Part shown: in pieces, positions 57,341 to 64,000 of the stretch
Position numbering within the stretch: the stretch's first letter is position 1
Layout of the letters: every line of letters starts with the position of its first letter
DNA from: the human T2T-CHM13v2.0 reference genome, Homo sapiens
Assembly (NCBI RefSeq): GCF_009914755.1
Contig: NC_060944.1
Reading direction: 5' to 3' (one strand)
DNA length: 64,000 nt
Notes under the pieces: generated by a model
What the model was told of the DNA's origin: nothing
Database searches by the model: none
Seen by the model: only the letters and a program-made list of their open reading frames with translations
Translations under genes and position numbers: made by a program

Positions 57341-58327
57341 TATGTATTCAAAAGATCTTCTGGCAGTAGACTTGCTAGAATTTCCCATAATTAAAAGGTG
57401 GTAGAGGAAGAAGTAAGCCATTAGTGATGCTCTAAGCTTTCTGCCTTGACAGATTGGAAGGTGATGCTCAGTGACATGGGAAGAAATAGGTCACAGTGGG
57501 AAGCAGATCTGGATTGAACTTTGGTCTAGTGGACCTGAGACATCCAGGTAGCAGTCAGGTCAGGAGAGCAAGGAGGGTGTTAGAAATGTGAGATCCAGAG
57601 CTCATGGGGTAAGTAGGAGAGAAGGGAGTAGATTATGTAGTCAGTGCTAACAGGGAACAGATGAAGTCGTGGGGTTCAATGAGAGAGAGGAGAACCAAGG
57701 ACACATGCTGGGAAAGAAGAAGCCAGTCTGCGAGGTAGGAGGAGACTCTGGGGTCCCCAAGAAAGAGTTCCAAGAAGGGAGGCAGGTCCTGTTCAAACTA
57801 TGGAGAGGGCAAGCAAACAAGGTGAGATGTGAAAGGATTTGGTGATTAGAGGGTGACTAGTGACCACAGGGAGAGAATCTCAGAGAAGTGGAGGTTTCCA
57901 GGTCAATGAGAGGCTGAGAAAGAAGGAACACGAGGCAGTGGCAAGAACAGATTTTATGGTGAGAAAGGGAGGAAGGAAGGAGGGAGGGAAGAGGATGGAT
58001 CCAGGAGTGGGAGAAGGAGATTCTGGGACGGACAGAAGTTGCTAGCCTAAATAAGCAGCTCAGCAAACTCACCCTGAGTATCCCCTCCCCTGCTGTGCCC
58101 CACCCTCCTGTCAGTGGGATGTGGGAGAAACAGAAGACAGACTTGAGCATACACTCAAGGACATCTGGGTCCATTGAACCTGCCCCAACCTTGGGCTTGT
58201 CCGAGCTACCAAGAAAAACTTACAAGGAGGTACTCAGTGGGAACTTAGGAGAGCCCTGGGGGCTACTCGGTTGCACATGGCAGATCCTGGTTCTCACTGT
58301 TGTCCAGGACTGGAACCCCTTACAGCC

Positions 58328-58685
58328 TGTGGCAGATGGCATTTTCTAAAAACAGCCACCACAGTATCTCCCATCCCACTTGCTCTTATACAAGTGACCT
58401 TGGCACACCCCTATCGAGGGGTAAAGTCAGTGTCCCTTCATCTTGAAACTGGGCAGGCTTCTGTGACCTCCTTGGCTGGTGGAGTCCACCATAAACCATG
58501 TCAGATAACCTCATCCTCACGGCTGGACAAGGCCACACAGCTTCTGCAGGTTTCTCTCTCTTGGCACATGTGCCTTCAAAGCCGTGAGCCATCATGTAAT
58601 AAGTTATCCCAAAGCCACCACACACACAGGCCCATGTGGAGAGAAACTGAGGCCGCCAGCCCCAGCCCCTAGCCCCACCTGAGCT
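58328..58685 (+). mobile_element. MLT1F/G-like LTR, 3'-truncated
   Basis: TGTGGCAGA...CCATCCCACTTGCTCTT...CTTGAAACTGGGCAGGCTT...CATGTGGAGAGAAACTGAGG. Confidence 0.65.
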
Positions 58686-59455
58686 CCTAGAAAATCACAT
58701 CCAGGCCACAGCACTCACGATGGCTACAATCTGCCTTGCTCTCTAGGGTTCCCCAAGGCCCAGCTCCCCGTCCCTGCTGTGTGCTCCCTGGGAAGGCTAG
58801 CTTCACCGCCCCCCCATACACCTGCCTGGGCCCAGCAGGGATTAACAAACAGGCCCTGGGTACAGCGCCTCCTGAGCAGGACTTAACAGTGTCTGCACAG
58901 GTCACCTGCCCAGCTCCCAGCTCCCCACCCACCCCACTCCAGAAAAATGGAAAATCCAGGGACCATCCCAGTCCCAGCTGCGCTCCAGGAAGAAACCAGA
59001 CACAAAATGGACTTTGGGCCGATTGCCCAAGCTGGACTACTGCCCCCACCTTCTTAGGAAGGGCACTCTTTCCGGAACCAAGGCCATAGCCTGGAACAAA
59101 AGCCAGATGTCTGTAGAGCAGGACATGCCAGGTGGGAGGGGTTGCCGTGGTGTAGGAGGCACATACTTGATGCCTCTCGCACCCTATCAGCCCAGGCAGG
59201 CAGGGTGCGGGGAGGGAAGGAGACCCCATGTGTAAGGACTATCATCATTCTATTACTGCAGGCAGCTGACTGCTTCTGGAGGTGGACCTCTGAGGCCTCT
59301 GGCATTCAGCCCCCTCATCCCTGCCTTCAGCAATGGGGACAAATCGAGGTTGGGGGGCACAACAAGCTATGCTCTCTGAAAGCAAAACAGATAAGTACAA
59401 ATCAGGAAAGAATTGTTTCCTATCCTGTATTTGTGTTAGGATACATGTAATCTGT

Positions 59456-59773
<318 letters not shown>

Positions 59774-59912
59774 TTAAAGTAAGACCTGCTTTATTGTCTT
59801 ATTCTCAAGTTATCTTAATAGATATTTCTTGAGCACCTATAATGTGCCAAGCACCATAGATATATTTTCATAAATACATATGTGCATGAATATGCAAAGG
59901 ATGTCTCTAGAA

Positions 59913-60120
59913 TAGTGGTTCTCAACCAGGGCTGCCAGGGAATGATTGTCAATGTCTGGAGGCATTTTTAGCTGTCACAACGAGGAAGGTGCTACAAAAA
60001 TCGAGTGGGGAGAGACCAGGGATGCTACAAAACATCCTGCAATACACAGGACAGCCCCTGCAATACAGCAACAACTTCTCTGGTCCAAAGTGTCATTCGT
60101 ACTGAGATTGAGAAACTCTA
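59913..60120 (+). mobile_element. MER20 (hAT-Charlie)
   Basis: AGTGGTTCTCAACC, CAATGTCTGGAGGCATTTTT, CCAGGGATGCTA...ACATCCTGCAAT..ACAGGACAGCCCC, TTGAGAAAC. Confidence 0.85.
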
Positions 60121-60431
60121 AAAGGATACACAAGAAACATGTTCACAGTGAACACCCCCATTGCAGGGACTAGGGGGCCAGTGTGCATGGGTATGCAAAA
60201 TCATTAGTTTTCCTTGTGCGCCCTTGTGAGGAAGGGCATTTTGTAGAGTCTCTTATGAAGTGCATGTATTACTTGTTTTTAGAAAAGAATAACTGTGACT
60301 TGACTGAGCCATAATTATTTAGTGGTCTTCTCTTGATTGCTGGGGGAAGGAATTTAAAGAGGAGGAAAAGCAAGGGCCTGCCACAGTACCTGGGACCCAC
60401 AGTCCTGAATCCACCTAGTCTTCCTCTAGAC

Positions 60432-60644
60432 CAGAGTGTTCCCGCCTGGCACCAGCGCATGGTGACCCAGTCTGTTCTTTCCTGCAGGGACCATCCTATA
60501 CATTGGAGGATGTTCAGCAGCATCCTGGCCTCTCCCTCCCCAGATGCCAGTGGCAATCTCTTCCCCATTTCGACAACCCAAAATATCTCCAGAGATTTCC
60601 GATGTCCTATGGGGAGCAAAAACATCCCTGGTTGGGAACCACTG
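60432..60644 (-). mobile_element. MER20 (hAT-Charlie)
   Basis: AGGATGTTCAGCAGCATCCTGGCCTCT, GACAACCCAAAATATCTCCAGA, GGTTGGGAACCACTG. Confidence 0.82.
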
Positions 60645-60906
60645 TGCTAGATTTACTCTGTGAAAATCTAAACACAAAGAAGTCCCCACTCACTGACCTC
60701 AGGGACCTATGGCTCAGCTGGATCCTCAAGGAGACACTGACCCACAGACAGGCCATGCCCTGGGCCAAAGGACTAAGGACACGGAGACAGCAGACACTGC
60801 ATGGAGCCAAGGGTAGGGAAGAATGTCTCCTGCAGGAAATGTTGCCCACAGATTACTGATCATAGAGAGGGGCCTCTTGGCCTCCCCTAAAACATCTGCC
60901 CATTTC

Positions 60907-61220
60907 TTTTTTTTTTTTTTTTTTTTTTTTTTTTGAGACAGAGTCTCACTCTGTCGCCCAGGCTGGAGTACAGTGCAGTGGCGCAGTCTCGGCTTACTGC
61001 AAGCTCCACCTCCTGGGTTCACGCCAGTCTCCTGTCTCAGCCTCCTGAGTAGCTGGGACTACAGACGCCCACCACCATGCCAGGCTAATTTTTTGTATTT
61101 TTAGTAGAGACGGGGTTTCACCGTGTTAGCCAGGATGGTCTCAATCTCCTGACCTTGTGATCAGCCTGCCTCGGCCTCCCAAAGTGCTGGGATTACAGGC
61201 GTGAGCCACCGCGCCTGGCC
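60907..61220 (-). mobile_element. AluY inserted in a MIR remnant
   Basis: Y diagnostics; perfect 16-bp TSD AACATCTGCCCATTTC at 60891 and 61221; long poly(T). Confidence 0.95.
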
Positions 61221-61829
61221 AACATCTGCCCATTTCACAGAGAAGGAGGTGGAGCAGAGGAGTGATAGGGCCTCAGTCACAGAGTGAATGATGGCTAGGA
61301 GAAGCTGGGACGGCTCTATTCCCTGTAGCATCCCAACACGTCCTGGGAGACTTTCCTTGTTCTTTATCCACTCCCTGACTCCATGGACACCCCCAAGTCT
61401 CCTGGTGCCTGCTTCTTGAAAGGGGGTCACCTAAGATGGCTCATGACTAGCGTCGTGTATTTTCTGCATTTACCCTGTATTTCTAGATAAACAATCACTC
61501 CGCTGTTCCCAAACACCGCAGTGGCTGCACACTGAGGTGTCTCCTAGGGGCTGGAGGATCACATCCGCAGCTGCACACCACAGGCCCAGGAAATGTCCAC
61601 CACCATTAGGCTGTGCCACCTTCTGCAGCTACAGGCAGCTGAGACCCAGGGAAACCCAGTTTACAAAACTCTCTGACATCTACGTAAGTGAGAGTGGCAG
61701 GGAGAAATAGCATGAGAACTAAAACCCACCTTGTTTCAACTCCTTAAGGAAGGCAGCTCGGGGCGAGTCCAGCCTTGGGCAATGAAGTCAGCCAAGACAT
61801 TCCTTCCACCAGGTTAGAAAAAGTCAGAT

Positions 61830-62090
61830 ATCAAAGAACCTAGGCTTTAAAGCCAAACTGCCTGGGATTGTAACCCCATTCTGTGACTTCCTGGCTGTGT
61901 GATCTCAGACAAGTTACTCAACCTCTCTGACCTCTCTGAGCTGAGTAGCTGCATCTATACGACAGAGATGATAACACTGACCACTCTATAGTATCATCAG
62001 TCAGCTGAGATAATACAAGTGAAGTTCTTAGCACAGAGACCAGCACATTGTAACTACATGTTACATGATTCCTGCTATTATTTTATTATT
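61830..62090 (+). mobile_element. MIR
   Basis: ACTGCCTGGG...CTGGCTGTGTGATC...CAAGTTACTCAACCTCTCTG...CTTAGCACAG. Confidence 0.7.
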
Positions 62091-62265
62091 AAGCATAAAT
62101 ATAATAACAACTACCTTACTGTGGTTCATGAGCTGGTATGTGGGGCCCCATAGAAATTTTCACAAATAAAGTCCAGTTTGGAGGCAACAGGGCTGGAAAA
62201 CTACGAAATATCTGATCGTTTATATAACATCCCTCCTCCCACCATCCCATATTGAAAATATAAAA

Positions 62266-62313
62266 GGATCTTTTAAAAACAAATTTTAGTGGATCTTTTA
62301 AAAACAAATTTTA
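62266..62313. repeat. 23-bp direct repeat, period 25 (GGATCTTTTAAAAACAAATTTTA x2)
   Basis: Identical copies at 62266-62288 and 62291-62313. Confidence 0.92.
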
Positions 62314-62695
62314 CCCCATCTGAACAGCTAAGACCTGACTGCCCTGTTCTTGGTTTCAGCTGTTTTCCAGCTGCAGTGTTTTTCTCGTTGATCAGAGAGA
62401 AATCCCCAAGGTCTGGCAAAGGAAGCCTTTAATTGCTCTGGATGGACCGATTTTTGGCTTAGCTGCTCAAGCATATAATTGAATGAGAGGGAAAGAGAAT
62501 ATCACTTTGAGATTGCTTTGAGATGAATATACAGTCAGACATCCCCGCTCCTGACCAGATCTCAAAGATTCTCCTAGCCTGACTCCCACAAGCTCTGCGG
62601 ACAGAGAACACGAAGCGTTCACTTCATTTTCCTGAACTTTATCAAAATAATAACAAGAGTGATCATAACAATCGGTGTCCTTTATCATATGTGCT

Positions 62696-63070
62696 TGTAG
62701 GTTGGAATTCCCCAAAAGTGAACTCTGAGACAAGGATTTGAGTCCATTGACTTTCTTTGGAGGGAATCCTGGAAGCACAAGGAAGAAAGACAGAGAATGG
62801 AAGACAGCCAGGGAAGCAAGTTATGGCTGGGGCCGCTGGAGCTCAAGCCCCCTGGGGACTCTGGGAGCCAGTGCAGCGCGCACACTTCAGCATCATCTCA
62901 TCCAGGGATGAGGGCACTGGGGAATTTATGCCCCAGATCCCATCAGCCATTGGTTGAGGGCTGTTCCAAGGCTGTATTAATTCCCTGGCACTTCCAGCCA
63001 TCCCCACTGCAGGCAGCCCAAAGAACAGGAACCTGGGGCAAAAGAGCCACAAGTCAGGCCTTCTGCAAAG
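62696..63070 (-). mobile_element. LTR33-like ERVL LTR
   Basis: CTCTGAGACAAGGATTTGAGT, CTGGGGACTCTGGGAGCCAGTG, CATCAGCCATTGGTTGAGGGCTG. Confidence 0.7.
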
Positions 63071-63149
63071 GCACCAGCAGCATCCCTCCAGCACCCAAAT
63101 ATGACACAACCCCAAAATATGATCATTGCCCACTTCTCCACTCAAAAGA

Positions 63150-63740
63150 CCCAGAGGATTTGTGACCTAATTGAATATATAATCTTTTTATAAGTAGATA
63201 AAAGAGTTAAATATCTATAACATTTAATTTACCCTACATGCTTATAATCACATATTATATGTTAATGATATATTAATTTAGAAAAGTTGCTATCTCTGCC
63301 CTCATTCCATGACTCAGTTTTATTCCAGCTCTTCCAATTCATCATTGCTCTCATGGTCTTTGTCATCATCAAAGCCACCTTTTGAATCATCTTAGTTTCC
63401 CAAGCACATCTTCTTTCCTCCCCTCTGGGTTCTTGGCGATACAGCATTTTTGGAATCTGTAGGATGCTTTCACTGAAATTTTTATCCCAAGCCTTGAGCA
63501 CCTATTTGCATAACATTAGGGCAGCTGGCTGTTCCATTCATCTCAGAGGTGCCAATGCGTGCTCTCCATAATGTAACCACGGATGGTATGGCTTTCTTAA
63601 GTGTCCTTAAAAGACTCGCTCACTCTCATAGTGCAACACTGTGATGCCACACCCTTGGAAATTTGTTCCAAATCTGGGTTACATTTCCTAGCTTCCTTTT
63701 TAGCAATTCCTTCAAGATAACCTTAGTAAATAGCCAAAAA
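63150..63740 (-). mobile_element. TcMar-Tc2 (Kanga-like) transposase C-terminal remnant
   Basis: Minus strand reads, across frameshifts, VLKAWDKNFSESILQ/FQKCCIAKNPEGRKEDVL/DDSKGGFDDDKDHESNDELEELE*, resembling the AW...FKKC.I motif plus acidic tail of pogo/Tc2 transposases. Confidence 0.6.
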
Positions 63741-64000
63741 AAAAAAACCACCGATCAAGGTTGTTTCAGATAACATCTCGCCTAAACAGCACTTGGTTGT
63801 TTAAAGTAAAATAGTTGGGAGCACCCCACAACATGAAAGACTGTGTGAGTCTTTCTTGAAAATAGAAAGTCTCATTCCAGAGATCATCTGGGGAGCGGGG
63901 AGCTTTGGTGAGTATCCAATCCTGATAGTGGTTTTGACAGTCACATGCATAAACCCATCTTAATCTTCACAACCACCCCAGGAGGTGGGTTCTATCATTA

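Overview
Primate (very probably human) non-coding genomic DNA dominated by interspersed repeats. It holds about 30 Alu copies (J, S and Y, many with visible target-site duplications), old L1M/L2/MIR fragments, MaLR and ERV solo LTRs (MLT1, MLT2, MST, LTR16/33/41, MER57) and many DNA-transposon fossils. The fossils include a near full-length Tigger2 with a decayed transposase, Tigger3b, a Tc2/Kanga-like remnant, and MER3/5/20/53/58/63/91/102/115/117. I find no supportable host protein-coding exon, tRNA/rRNA or CRISPR array. The ORF track is explained by repeats, low-complexity DNA and chance ORFs, and I cannot name the locus. Repeat subfamily names come from my recall of consensus sequences, and boundaries of old repeats are approximate until RepeatMasker/Dfam is run. 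The structure least explained by standard annotation is a cluster of short, locally templated copies between 32.6 and 43.2 kb: an old ~330 bp inverted duplication, a MIR piece copied in inverted orientation into a much younger Alu, a 109 bp direct copy dropped into a MIR core, and a perfect 59 bp tandem duplication. Other leads are a MER53 hairpin carrying a miR-1302-like arm, a CRE/GC-box/TATA promoter-like cluster with a possible downstream lncRNA exon, and a few enhancer-like motif clusters. I do not see evidence for a new multi-gene biological system.
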